This document shows, piece after piece, positions 24,389 through 43,302 of a stretch of DNA of 64,000 nucleotides. Made by a program: the position numbers and the translations under genes. The notes beneath the pieces are model-generated. The model was given only the letters and a program-made list of their open reading frames with translations. It did not search any database and was not told the DNA's origin. The DNA is from Eledone cirrhosa (Eukaryota): positions 288,052,001 through 288,116,000 of the forward strand of contig OZ024741.1 of assembly GCA_964016885.1 (NCBI GenBank). The letters are read 5' to 3'. The stretch's first letter is position 1. Every line of letters starts with the position of its first letter.

Positions 24389-27306
24389 CATCAGTTGATT
24401 TAATCAACAAGACTGATAAATATAAAGCCTTGTTCTTAAGCTATAAATCCTTAAGTTGTTTGGAGTGTGGTTCAGTTGAGATTTCTAGAAATTTAGGTAC
24501 AGAGAAGATGTTGCAGAAGGGTGAACTGTCTCAGATAGAAATGGGTTGAAATGAAGCCATCTTTGAAAAGGTTGAGTAAAGGTGAAGAACATCTATCTAC
24601 ACTGCCACTAATATTTTACCATTGCTAGCAGCTTTGCTCTGTATGGTGAATTATGGTGACAGCAGTAGTGTAATGGAAAAAATAAATGAGAGAACTTACA
24701 ACAGAGCTGTTCCTCTTCAGCCATGCCCTCATCAACATTTTTGAAGCGGAACATAAAAGAGGATGTGGAAAGGATAATGCCCAATATATTTGCTGAAAGG
24801 TAGGTTGGGGTGGTGAGCATGGTTTAGGTGAATGGGCTTGATCTGAATCAGTGCCTATAGGTTATATGTGGAATTTGACTTAGATAATGAAGATAATCCC
24901 AGGTTCTGTGCGAGTTACCTGATAATCCAGGATAGGTAATGGTCCCGCTTAGTGGTATTTCACCATTTCACATGTCTTTTTGCCTGTTTCCCATATTCAG
25001 AGCATACCCCTTTACCTCACCGTAATGCACCCCACCCACAACTGTTGCTCATGTGGCAGTAAAAAAAGAAATTATTAACTCTTAATATACTGCAATGCCT
25101 GAAATCACATTAGCAAGACATTCTTGAAAAGTACAAAACAGCATTCCCTGTGATGGACAGGCGTCCTGTCCAGTGGAGAGTTTTGTACTCTGTCGCTACA
25201 TGCAAGGGAAACCAAGACAAGCATCGGCCTAATGAACCTCCAAGCTCAAGATAGACTTTAGAAAAAACAGCATTATGACTAAATCACATTAAAAAATTAA
25301 ACTCTTTAATACTGTAAATGTTTACAATGATCTATCCAGTAGTAAAGACAATATAAATATTTGAATTAAGGGACTCCATCTTTAGTCATTTTTTACTAAA
25401 ACCATTACAAGATGTTAAGAGTTAACGTGATGTATTGACAGAGTTGATGGTACACAGAACAAAATGTCTTGGTATTTAGTTACATTCCTTAGTATTGTGT
25501 TGTCAGTTCAATTTCTACAGCAAGCAAATTTTCCTTTCATTCCTCCAGAGAATGATAAAATACCTGTAAGCTACTGAGGGTTGATTGAATTGGTTATATC
25601 CTTCCATCCAGAATCTGAGGTCTTGTAACTATGTTATAAATTACTACTACTACTGCTGCTGCTACTACTGCAGCAGATGATTAGCAGAGTGGTTAGAGCA
25701 TCGGATAAACACTAGTTCTCTACATACTGAGTTCAGATCCCGCTGAAGTCAACTCTGCAATTCACCCTTCCAAGGTTGATAAAATAAAATACCAGTCATG
25801 TACTGTTGTCGATTTAATTGACTTTCTCTCCTTCCCCCACACCCCTAAATTATTGGCCTTGTGCTTAAATCAGAAACCACCCCGCTGAGGTTAACTTTGC
25901 CTTTCATCCTTACGGAGGTCGATAAAATAAAGTACCAGTAATGTATTGGGGGTAATTGCTGGTCTAGTGCCAAAAGTAGAAACAATTATTATTATTATGG
26001 TAGAATTGGTAGAGCATTGGTTAATATTCCTTACAGTATTGAGGTATGCTCCATTATAGTCAAATACTAAGTAGATCCAATACATGCCCTCTGTACCTAT
26101 ATCCTTAAATTTGTGTATTGTACATGTTTTAGAAATCATTAATATGTTATCCTTGGTAGAAATAGTAATCTTGGTTCTGTGTTGTTCCTTCTCAGTTTTA
26201 GTAGTACTGAGCTCAAAGCATTTGGTATTTATAAAATAAAAATACCAGTCAAAAACTGGACATCAATTTAGTCAACTCTACTCCTCACCCTAGTTCCTAG
26301 TTAAACCTATTGGTACCAACCCATCTAAAACCAGCTCCATTTCCATTAAATACCCTCCCTCTCCCATTTTAAATTAGAGCTACTGACCTCTCAGTTGGGC
26401 TTTCATACATTCCCACACTGTACGGAGTATACCGAATACATTCTACCACGGTACCAACACTAGGGTGGTTATCAAGTCTTCAACTCTGCTGAAAGATCCT
26501 CCCGACACTTTGTTTGGCAGGTTTTCTACAGCTGGATACTCTTCCTATCACCAACAACCAACCATGTACTGAATGCATTTATCATGTAGATCACAAACAC
26601 TGAAGAGATTGTTATGCCCTTGAAACAACTGATGATTCTTCTCAACCATTTTTAACATGGTTTTTACAGCTCAATGCCCTTCCTTTCATTAACCACTTTA
26701 CAGATTTTCATTCCCTTGACATCATTGAAGAGTCCTTTTAACCCTTTTTTGACATGGTTTCTATAGCTAGATGCCTTTCCTATCATTAACCACTTTACAG
26801 AGGGTTTTGAGTGTGTTTATCATGTAGAGCATTAACACTAAAGAGACTGTCCATTCCCTTGACACTATTGAAGGGTCCTTTTAACCCTTTTTTGGCAAGG
26901 TATATAATTTCTGAAGTATAATTTATAAAATGGAAGTATTATTGCCATGAAGGAGAATATCAATTCCAACATGAAAAATATCATTTCTGGCTTGATAAAA
27001 CCTACAAAATACAGATTATAGGATTTCAATGGAGCAAACAGTCATTACCAGAGGTTCGGTAGAAGTAAACACAACAAATTAGGCAGATTTTAGTTAGGTC
27101 AAGTGAAGATTTAGTAAGAAAGGATAGTAAAATAAGGAAATCAGTAGAGGGAGACAAAAAAATGGATTTTACTATCATGGCAGCATAGACAATGTTGGGA
27201 GGGAGAATAATTAGGATTAGTTCTGCACTATTATTTGGATGTCAAACATGACAGCTGTGTTAAGGTGTGTGTTTTAACCCTTTAGCATTTACATTACTCT
27301 ATATTT

Positions 27307-27770
27307 ATGATAATAATAATAATGAAATTATTGTGTACAGTGATCAGGTGCACTACAACTCATCAAAGGTGCATGTATAGTATATAGAATAATATACAAA
27401 TGTCAGGAAATGAACAGTGTATGAGTCATGATATACATGTGTGCGTGTGTATGGAGGGGGAATATCAGGAAGCATGGAAGTTTTAAAGGATGCAGTGTCC
27501 CAGCAGCTAACAACTGATGCAGGTAGTTTGTTCCATGCTTCAGCAACTCTGAGCGTGAAAAAATGTTTCCAAAAGTCATGGGAGCTGTGCTGTTTTCTGA
27601 CTTCGTAGGCATGCCCACGTGTGTTAGACACATGGAATTGAAAAAGGTGTTCAGGGTTGTTGTTGGCAAGATGGTTAATAATGTTGTGGGTGTTTACCAA
27701 GTCAGTTGCCAGACAGAGCTTCAATGTATCCATGCCCAGGGAAGCAAGGCGTTCAGAGTATGGTAGATGC
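27307..27770 (-). mobile_element. CR1-clade LINE 3' end nested in a TTAA MITE
   Basis: ORF 27353-27733 reads NTRGHAYEVRK...HFFTLRVAEAWNKLPASVV...SFK, typical of a CR1 ORF2 end. (ATT)n tail at ~27308-27325. MITE halves lie on both sides. Confidence 0.85.
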
Positions 27771-28057
27771 TATTGTATTTTCACGGTAAACACTTTATTT
27801 CATACAATTATCTCACATAATATCGAATCTACAAAATTTTTATATTTATTTTGAGAACAATACCTTAACGTCAGTATGAGGGGTTGGTTATGGCTAGTTT
27901 GAACAGAAAGAGGTGAGAGAATTTGGCTGGATACAGTTGGTTTAAATGCTAAATGGTTAAGCAAGTAGTATGTGGAAGTTATATGTTGTTATTGCTGTTT
28001 AGTCAAGTTTAACACCACCACCTAGCCCTTGGGTGTCTTTAGCAGAGTCCACTCTGT

Positions 28058-28203
28058 TGCTAGCATTTGAACTATGTTTAAAATCAGTTTGAATATACCT
28101 TCTTCATTTCCACCAACTTTAGAAGATCTGATGCTAGCATTTGAACTATGTTTAAAATCAGTTTGAATATACCTTCTTCATTCCCACCAACTTTAGAAGA
28201 TCT
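28058..28203. repeat. 74-bp tandem duplication
   Basis: TGCTAGCATTTGAACTATG...AGAAGATCT occurs at 28058 and 28132 with one substitution. Confidence 0.9.
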
Positions 28204-28254
28204 AAAATGGGTCCCAAGCACTGTCCTTTCCTTCCTGACACTCAATAGTATAAT

Positions 28255-28780
28255 TATTATTTCTACTTTTGGCACAGAGCCAGCAATTATCCCAGTGCAT
28301 TACTGGTACTTTATTTTATCGACCCCGTAAGGATGAAAGGCAAAGTTAACCTTGGCGGGATTTGAACTCAGACCATAAAGGGCCGTAACTCTATGCTGCA
28401 AAGCGTGGCGTCCTACTCTCTACCGATACAGCCAATCCACTGCCCTATAGTATAATAATAATTGTTTCTACTTTTGGCACAAGGCCAGCAATTACCCAGT
28501 GCGTGACTGGTACTTTATTTTATCGACCCCGTAAGGATGAAAGGCAAAGCTAACCCCGGTGAGATTTGAACTCAGAATGGCAAGGGCCGTAACTCTATGC
28601 GTCAAAGCATGGCGTCCGACCCTCTGCCGATACTGCCATAATAATAATAATGGTTTCTGATTTAGGCACTAGGCCAACAATTTGTGGGAAGGAGAAAGTC
28701 AATTAAATTGACTCCAGTACATTACTGGTACTTTATTTTATCAATCTCATAAGGATGAAAGGCAAAGCTAACCTTGGCAG
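28255..28780 (-). mobile_element. Tandem array of SINE copies
   Basis: Two near-complete copies plus one truncated copy, joined at (ATA)n tails. Confidence 0.88.
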
Positions 28781-30059
28781 GTTTAAATGCTAAAGGGTTA
28801 ATGTCTGTTTTCCCTGCTGGTGAATATCTGGCCAGAATTCTCTCATCTTTTTTTGTTCAAACTGGCCACTCATACTTATGCTAAGGTATTGTTCTCAAAA
28901 TAAATAATAACAAAATCTTGTAGATTCAATATTATGTGGGATAATTATGTGAGATAAAGGGTTTACCATGAAAATACAATAGTATATATAGAGTAATGTA
29001 AATGCTAAAGGGTTAAACAACAATGATGATATATATGATGACAGACTGAATGGCTTACTGGAAACGATGTTGCCTAGAAGAGATTTTGTAAAGGAGGTAA
29101 AACTATTGATAACATAATGGCATTAGTTAGAAGGAGTGGTAGAAATAGTTAGAGGGAGTGGGTAATAAAAGGATTTTTGAGGAATTTCTTACTTGTAGGA
29201 AACAAAACCTCTCTCTCTGTGTGAAAAAAGCAGACTTTACAAGGAATATTAAACCACTGCTGTTGTTGTTGTTGTTTGGTCCCAAGTCACCTCTGACCAA
29301 TCAGATATATAATGGTTTCTGGTTTAGGCACAAGGCCAACAATTTTTTTGGAGGGGGTGGGGAGTGATTAAATTGACCTCAGCGCATTACTGGATCTTTA
29401 TTTTATTGACTCCATAAGGATGACAGGCAAAGCTAACCTCGGTGGGATTTGAAATCAGAATGTAAAGGGCTATAACTCTATGCGACAAAGCAAGTTGTCT
29501 GACACTCTACCAATACTGCGAATCCACTGCCTTAATCAGATATATAATATAAGGCATTGTGTAAGTTGGACTACATTATCAATGTTCCCATTTTTAATAT
29601 GACAGAATATGGTGTCAGGTAAATTTGGCTCACTCAATGTAACCTTGTCTATTGATCCTGATTGAATAAGCCTATGATCAAAGGCATTGGCTATGTTGTT
29701 GGAACTTTGTCATTTCCAACAACGAGTGCTCAAGTTGATTCAATCAATGGAACTGTCTGCTTGTGAAATTAACATGTAAGTGACTGAGCATTCCACAGAC
29801 ATGTGCACCCTTACCTTACTTGAGATTCAGCATGACACAATGTGTGACAAGCATGGCCCTTGAATGACAGGTACAACTCTCTTTTGCCAGCTGAGTGGAG
29901 TAACGTGAAATAAAACATGTTGCCACATTGCCTGGGAATTGAACTCACAACCATACAATCATGAGCTGAATATCCTAACCACTAATGCACACACCTTCAC
30001 ACGTTTCTAAGATTATATTATTTTATATGTATTGTCTTTATATAAGATGGGATATGATT

Positions 30060-30860
30060 TGTTGGAGATGTGGATATTGTAAGATGTTATTTTATATGTC
30101 ATATCTTTATATAAGGTAGGAGATGTGGCTATTGTAAGATGTTATTTTATATGTCATATCTTTATGTAAGCTAGATGTGGCTATTGTAAGATGTTATTTT
30201 TTATGTCATATCTTTATGTAAGGTAGGAGATGTGGCTATTGTAAGATGTTATTTTATGTCATCTTTATATAAGGTAGATGTGGCTATTGTAAGATGTTAT
30301 TTTATGTCATATCTTTATATAAGGTAGGAGATGTGGCTATTGTAAGATGTTATTTTATATGTCATATCTTTATGTAAGGTAGATGTGGCTATTGTAAGAT
30401 GTTATTTTATATGTCATATCTTTATGTAGGGTAGGAGATGTGGCTATTGTAAGATGTTATTTTATATGTCATATCTTTATGTAAGGTAGGAGATGTGGCT
30501 ATTGTAAGATGTTATTTTATATGTCATATCTTTATGTAAGGTAGGAGATGTGGCTATTGTAAGATGTTATTTTATGTCATATCTTTATGTAAGGTAGGAG
30601 ATGTGGCTATTGTAAGATGTTATTTTATATGTCATATCTTTATGTAAGGTAGGAGATGTGGCTATTGTAAGATGTTATTTTATGTCATATCTTTATATAA
30701 GGTAGGAGATGTGGCTATTGTAAGATGTTATTTTATGTCATATCTTTATGTAAGGTAGATGTGGCTATTGTAAGATGTTATTTTATATGTCATATCTTTA
30801 TGTAAGGTAGGAGATGTGGCTATTGTAAGATGTTATTTTATATGTCATGCCTTTATATAT
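30060..30860. repeat. ~55-bp minisatellite, ~15 copies
   Basis: Unit GGAGATGTGGCTATTGTAAGATGTTATTTTATATGTCATATCTTTATGTAAGGTA, with recurrent GGA and TA indels. Confidence 0.95.
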
Positions 30861-33262
30861 TATGGTGGGATGTGATTTCAAGCAAGTTGAGTGACCATGT
30901 AGAGGCTCTCTCAACGTGTAGTTTGCTATAAAAGGTCAATAGGTGAGTGTATAGCTACATCATTTGTAGTATGGGTAGAAGGAAAGTAGTTAGTACAATA
31001 ATTGGACGTTATAATCACTATACAGTGCAGAGTAACAGTTATGGTCAGTGAAAGAGTCAATTAAGAAATAACCAGGTTTACTCTTACAATAGTCATATAA
31101 TATAATAATAGTATATTACATAACATTGTAAGGTGGTAATGCTGGTGCTATGATAAGGTGCACCTGGTGCATGCTGGGAAATGTTTGGTATTAGGAAAGG
31201 CATCCAGCCATAGAAATATGGCAGAATGGGATGTATGAGCAAAATGCAATCATCTGATCTGTTTGACCTGAAGATGTGGCAACCTGTCTCAAATAGACAT
31301 AAAATTCTGATGATGCGGATGATGATAATGATAGTGCTACTGGTGGCTGTGGATTGTGAAGGATTTCACTCTTTTCAATATCAACCACACAAGACCACCC
31401 CTGGTTCTATGATACAAAACCTTCCATCATAATTTTATGTCAGGCTCTCATGTTAAGGTATATTCTCAATGGTCATGGGTTAGAGTTAACTGTGTCCTGA
31501 TCATTAACAAGCATCCTTTGACAGTAGTGTCCTTATTTTCAATAATTATTTTTCCGTATTAAGTATGCATGCTTGTTTATAAGTAGTTCAGTCTCAAGGT
31601 TCCCCCTCAATTGCTTACATCATCATTATCATTACAGGTCAGGTGACAACATCTTGCTCACATGTTGCATCTTTGGCTCAGTTTCTATGGCTTAATAATC
31701 ATTTTGGAGGGTGAACAGACGATTATATTAACCCCCAGTACTTGACTGGTGTTTTATTTTATCAATCACAGAAGTATGAAAGGCAATGATAATCTTCATG
31801 AGATTTGAACTAAGACAATAAAGAGTTGTAGCTAAATACTGCAAAGTATTTTTGATCTAATGTTCAAACAACTCTTCCAATTTACTATCATCATTCTTTC
31901 TAAAATTGGCACAAGGCAAGCAATTTATCGGAAGGGATAAATCGATTAAGTTGACAACCAATACTTAACTGGTATTTTATTTTATTGACCCTGGAGGGTA
32001 ATGACCAAAAGAATAAGATCATGAATACAAGCAGCCGAAATGGGGTTCCACCAAAGGTTCTTTGGAGTAAGTTACTCAATAGTATAACAAAGAGATCAGA
32101 GAGTCACTCCAAGTAAAGCCACTAATTCTCCGAATTAAGCGATCACAGCTCCATACAATAGGCATGTGGTTAGAATGTCTCAAGAAAGAATTGCTGTTTA
32201 GATTTTACAGGCAAAACTAACCAACAGGAGACCTAACTCTAACCCCAAACAAGATGGTTGGATAGCATCCATGAGCTTGGCTGGTCTCGCTTGGGGATTC
32301 AGCCAGATCAGTTGGAGATGGTTGCTTCTAACAGGACCTGCTGGATGGAGTGTTTGAGGACTCTGCCTCCATGACCCTCTCAGGAATAAGTAGGCAAAGA
32401 AGAAGAGCCCGGAGCGATGAAAGGCAAGGTTGATCTCAGTGGGATTTAAATGCAGAACATAGAAAGTTGTAAGTAAATACCACAATGCATTTTGTGCGAT
32501 GCTCTACTGACACTGCCAATCTATCAGTTTAATACATGTTAGTTATTTTACTAAACCTTTCTAAGTTGTTGATTATTTTCAAAATTAGACCCAAAAGAAA
32601 CAAAGTGATTTAGTTGATAATAATTATGTTATAAAGCATTAGTGCACAGTATTGAGAAGAGCTGTGGACTGTGAAAAGGTTAAATAAGGTGAAACTAACT
32701 AATTAAAAAAACGTAAAAAAAGTAGAAAACAATAAACAAGTCTAAATCAATAGAACAGCGGTTCTAACTAGAGTAATTCTTAATATCTGTTGGGTTTTTT
32801 TTTTCATTTGTAAGACATTAACATGTAACTTAAGATGTTAGTTGTGATATATCATTACATTTTTAGTAACTAACAAAGACAGTCCATACAGAATATGCTG
32901 TGTCACTTACCGTGACCAGTTAAAGGTGCTGGACTGATGACCGTATGGTCATAAGTTCAAATCTTACTACAGCATTTGTGTTGTGCCCCTGAGCAAGGCA
33001 CGTTACTCAGCTTGCTCCAGTTTGCTTGTTCCACTCCTCCTTCATGGTCGAGTGGTTAGCGCTAGGAAGGGCATCCATTCAGCTGTAAAAACAATTGCTC
33101 CGACAGAAAGACCATCCCACCCATGCAAACATGGTAAAACGGATGTAAAACAGTCAGGGTGGGTGGGGTAATGGAGTAGGGAAAAAAGCGAGATAACGAA
33201 TGTAGAAATTGCATAGCAATCAAAATACCAGACTGCATGAGGATATTTTGACAGAGCACACA

Positions 33263-33343
<81 letters not shown>

Positions 33344-33550
33344 ACCTTGGCCGACCAGTCTGGCGGGCGCCGCTGGTCACAGCACGTCGTGCTGTTTTAG
33401 CCATAAGATAACGCCATCCCATTGGCTGGGCAGGCAGGCCGGTACTCATTTCTACAGCTGAGTAAACTGGAGCAACGTGAAATAAAGTGTCTTGCTCAAG
33501 GAAACAACACATCACCCGGTCCGAGAATTGAACTCACAACCTTTCGATTG

Positions 33551-33597
<47 letters not shown>

Positions 33598-33949
33598 AAC
33601 ACACATATATATATGGTATGGTTCCATAACTCCTGATAGAGTCATGGGAGCGCCGTATTGACATACAGCTTTATTGGGCATTTTAAGCCTGGCGGAGCTC
33701 ATCCCTCCCCAGACCTGAGTACAGCAGATTTCTTCCAGAGAAAGATAGAAAGTTAGAGAGAGGAAATTAGAAAGAGATATAGAGGAAGAATCGACACCAG
33801 TACAAGACTGGTACTTTTTTTGATCAACCTTGAATGGATGAAAGCAACGTTGACCTCAGCGGGATTTGAACTCAGAGAGCAGACAACCGGAATGAATACC
33901 ATAAAGCATTATATCCGACGTACTAACGACTCTGCCAATTTGCCGCATT

Positions 33950-39200
<5,251 letters not shown>

Positions 39201-39606
39201 TCAGATTGTTTGTTACTTCAATATTTCAGTAGAGAGGAGTTCATTAGATGAGGACAATGTAAACACAACACAGTAGACTAAGAATGGCTGCTAGTGTTGC
39301 AGTGATGTATGTAGGTGCCTGGACACATCACTGGAGGAACTGTCAATAAAACCAGGGAATGAGTACCACTAGGGAATGTTAGCTGCAATAGGCTAGTGCC
39401 CTATCTTTGAGGACAGATATCAGATTTTTGCCAGATGTCACTGAACCAGGGTTACGTGCCACACCTTATAAGTCCCTTCACTTTTAGGAGACACAGTGAA
39501 TTTATTTTCAGATGAAAAACTGTACTCAGTACAGTAAGCTACTTAAGCCCTCATCTGTTACACGCAGACACACTGCTCCCACTGGACCATCAAGTGGTAT
39601 CTAAGC

Positions 39607-39857
39607 CAGAGCTTTCCAATCATTGGTAACACATAAAAAAAAAAAATTTTTCATGACACAATTTTTTGTAAACAACAAGAAATTAACAAAGAAATAATTA
39701 AATATCATATTGGGTAGCACCAGTCTTGAGCCCATTGTGTCTAATTGTTGTCAGATCTCAAATATACATATTTGTGAATATTGATTAGATTTAACATAAC
39801 ACACCAAGAGATTATGGGGCAACCCACTAAAGTGTTGTGACAGTTTGGAAAGCTTTG
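39607..39857. mobile_element. hAT (Charlie-like) MITE
   Basis: TIRs CAGAGCTTTCCAA / TTGGAAAGCTTTG. Flanks atctaagc / gtctagaa resemble a decayed NTCTAGAN 8-bp TSD. Confidence 0.6.
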
Positions 39858-40000
39858 GTCTAGAAGACAGGCACATAACACAGTAAGACCTTTCAATCAG
39901 TAACCCAATATCCTCTCCACTTCACTAACAGCGACCTTTTACACCATAGCTAATTAGGAAGTAGCTAACGTTAACCAAATGAAAAAAAGCCGTTACTTAC

Positions 40001-40054
40001 CAAAACACTGTCCATTTCCCGTTGCTCCAACTCCCTTCTGATTTTTTAAAATAC
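40001..40054 (-). CDS. NAGS: NAGS coding exon
   Basis: ctgcAG|GTATTT...TTTTG|GTAAGT; 54 nt, (W)YFKKSEGSWSNGKWTVF(W) (compare YFKHSDGSFSNKQWIFFW). Confidence 0.94.
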
Positions 40055-40279
40055 CTGCAGAAGAAAATAAATGTTTGCTATAAATAGCCTTACACACTTA
40101 CATCATCATCATACGTCTATTTTCCATGCTTGCATGGGTTAGATGGGTTGTCACGTTATGAAGCTAAACAGTGACAATGTCTTGCACATATGGTCCATTT
40201 TGGGGTTGGTTTGCTATGGTTGGATGCCTTCCTAATGCCAACTACTTTACAGCATGAACTGGGAGATTTACTTTTCATG

Positions 40280-40735
40280 ACACCAGCACTACCACGTTAC
40301 AAAGTGGACTGGGTACTTTTTTGTTGTGGCACCAGTACTACCACCTTACAAAGTGGACTAGGTGCTTTTTGTTGTGGCACCAGTACTACCACCTTACAAA
40401 GTGGACTGGGTGCTTTTCGTTGTGGCACCAGTACTACCACCTTACAAAGTGGACTGGGTGCTTTTCATTGTGGCGCCAGTACTACCACCTTACAAAGTGG
40501 ACTGGGTACTTTTTGTTGTGGCACCAGTACTACCACCTTACAAAGTGGACTGGGTGCTTTTCGTTGTGGCACCAGTACTACCACCTTACAAAGTGGACTG
40601 GGTGCTTTTCATTGTGGCACCAGTACTACCACCTTACAAAGTGGACTGGGTACTTTTTGTTGTGGCACTAGCACTACCACCTTAGAAATTGGATTGGGTG
40701 CCTTTTGTTGTAGCATCAGTGCCACCACATTACAG
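40280..40735. repeat. 48-bp tandem repeat (~9 copies) inside an RTE-3'UTR-derived element (40100-40740, -)
   Basis: Unit CACCAGTACTACCACCTTACAAAGTGGACTGGGTGCTTTTTGTTGTGG. Its reverse complement resembles the repeated module at 57550-57660 in the RTE 3' UTR. Confidence 0.9.
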
Positions 40736-41803
40736 GGGTGGTACTTAGTGGTTTTTGAAAAAATATGCTTCCAAGAAAAAAAAAATAACTAAGAAAAATA
40801 AAATTGTGTGTGCTTATATCTTTGTTTATTGTTGGTCATGTCATCAGGGACGAATACAGGGGGAAAGGACCAGGAGACAGTAGAAAAGGAGATGGACAAC
40901 GATATTAAGGAATGGACAGGAAGGAGTTAGGCGGACCCCTGATCCTCAGATATGAGGATGGGATGAGAAGGAAGGAAGAAGTTTTATATCTACCACACAA
41001 ATAAATCAGATTTGCATATATTAATGACATGAATTTTGTCCTAACATATTTAATGAACAGAACATTAAAAATTACTAGAATTACATACAACATTATGAAA
41101 CCAGCAAAGCAAATACAATTTGATGTAATTTATATATAACGAAGGAGGTGCGGTCAGGAACCAGAGTACTCAATTCTTAGGGTAGTAGAGTGGGTAATAG
41201 GAAAATGTTTGACCCCGACGGCAGAGCTCAAGCCGTTTCGACAGCTATTTCTGGACTAAATTAGAATTTTAGCCCAATTCTAATTTAGTCCAGAAATAGC
41301 CATCGAAACGGCTTGAGCTCTGCCGTCGGGGTCAAACATTTTCCTATATATAATATATATATATATATATGTGAGTGTGTGTGTGTGTAAATTATTATAA
41401 TAGAATATTCGTAGATATTAAAAATGGATTTAATTTGAAAACCTCGGTTATCTTCGTTTTAAATGATATATACATATATATATATATCCAAGGTAGGCAT
41501 AGGAATTGAATGAATTGACGTGGAAAATCTGATCCTATAAAGTGAATCTCTAAGGAAAACATTGGAAAACCTTTTCTGGCATACTGAAACACATGTAAAG
41601 AACAATGAATAAGGGTGGCTTTGAAAATATTTCCAACATCTGATCCATATATATAAATCAAGCGAACGGAACAAGTACGCAAATCACGCGAAACTAACAG
41701 AATTTCGGCAAAAAAATATTGTATGAGAGCATGTAAATGTGTATGCGCGCAGGCCTTACGAAATAAGGGAAGCAACTCATGACACGCAACAACAAATACA
41801 TAC

Positions 41804-41898
41804 CATGGATTGATCGGGTTATCTCCCCTGGATCGCCAGAATAGCTGTTTGAAATCTTGTCGTACACACGCCCACAACATCTCCCCTGTACCTTCTCC
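41804..41898 (-). CDS. NAGS: NAGS coding exon (acetyl-CoA binding motif)
   Basis: ttttAG|GGAGAA...CCATG|GTATGT; 95 nt, [31 protein letters not shown](W). Contains the QxxGxG and LFWRSR..NPINPW motifs. Confidence 0.95.
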
Positions 41899-42484
41899 CT
41901 AAAACAAACAACACAAATAAGAAAGAAATAAATATAATTCCAAAATTAACAAAAAAAGGTCACGTACAGACATTCATATTCATACTAACATCTCAGATAT
42001 TCCGAGATGCTTAGGCTATAACAGCTCTTCTGATTGACTTTCAACGAACCAAAGTGGGAGCCGCTACATAGCCTTTTAAATTGCTAGAAATAGTAGCCAA
42101 ATTTCCTTCAAATCACATCATAACGTCTTAAAAATGAAATAACCTGATAGTCAGGGTTGGAACGTCTTCGATCATAGGTCTGCAAGATCAACGGAAACAA
42201 CAATAACTACCTTTAGCTGAATTATTTCCCTATAGTATCGATAATCAACTCATACTTCATAACATGGGCAGTGAATTGGCAGGTATTAGAACGTTAGATA
42301 AAATGATTTGTGGTTTCCGTTTTGTTTTTTGGCACTGTTCAAATCTGCTGAGGTCAAGTTCATTAGCTTTGCCTTTCATTCTTACAAGGTTGATAAAATA
42401 AAGCACTAGTAATGCACTGGAGTCGATTTAATCGATTTTTCCCCTCCCACCCAAATTGCTGGCCTAGTGCCTATACTAGATATC

Positions 42485-42674
42485 GGCGGATTGGCAGTAT
42501 CGGTAGAGGGTCGGACGCAATGCTTTGACGCATAGACTTACGGCCCTTGCCATTCTGAGTTCAAATCCCGCCGAGGTTAACTTTGCCTTTCATCCTTACG
42601 GGGTCGATAAAATAAAGTACCAGTAATGCGCTGGGTTATTGCTGGCTTTGTGCCAAAAAGTAGAAACAATTATT
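42485..42674 (+). mobile_element. tRNA-derived SINE, best-preserved copy of the dominant family
   Basis: A box TGGCAGTATCGG, B box GTTCAAATCC, central GCCTTTCATCCTTACGGGGTCGATAAAATAAAGTACCAG (resembles the Meta/MESC SINE domain, from recall), tail AAAGTAGAAACAATTATT. Dozens of copies, e.g. 208-372, 2935-3122, 17600-17800, 23950-24390, 51545-51745, 55185-55760. Confidence 0.9.
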
Positions 42675-43158
42675 TAATAGTATTTAATTCATAACTTCAT
42701 TCTTTCGAGGTCAATAAAAAAACGTACCAGTCCAGTCCAGTATTGGAGTTGATTCATCCTCTATATAGCTTTCTCACTCCGGATGAAAGGCGTTTTATCC
42801 GATGCTCTACTAATTCTGTCAGTCTACCAACCTCAGAAACACTTATAGTAATATGGTAAAGGTTGATAAAGTCAGCATTGTTTCGATGAATCAAATGTCT
42901 TGAAGTGAGTTATCTCCCTTCATCTTAAAAGTTTAATTTCAAGTGGAATCAACTTTCTGAGGTCGATAAAGTAAGTTCAAGTCACTATAAAGAGGATTAT
43001 TTGAATCAACTATATCCCTCACCCTGCAAAAACGCACATGCATCCTGTGTGAAAACCAAATATATACCATACCCAGCAAAAACGAAATATATACCATACC
43101 CAACAAACACACACATACATCCTGTGAACAACAAAAATAAAAACTATAAAGGACAAAC

Positions 43159-43243
43159 CTGTGCTTTCTGTGATACTGCAAATTTATCGAGATATGGAAC
43201 ATTGGTGCTGCTTTCATGTAGAATAATGGCTGCAGCACTGTAA
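43159..43243 (-). CDS. NAGS: NAGS coding exon (NAT domain)
   Basis: ttccAG|TTACAG...CACAG|GTTTGT; 85 nt, (D)YSAAAIILHESSTNVPYLDKFAVSQKAQ, containing the diagnostic PYLDKF motif. Confidence 0.95.
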
Positions 43244-43264
43244 CTGGAAAGAAGAAGTGAAGAC

Positions 43265-43302
<38 letters not shown>

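Noticed and set aside
30060-30860. Regular repeats resembling a CRISPR array (also 40280-40735)
   Set aside because: No unique spacers, no cas genes and a eukaryotic context; these are plain tandem repeats.
42485-42575. tRNA-like A/B boxes
   Set aside because: These are SINE heads continuing into a SINE body, not standalone tRNA genes.
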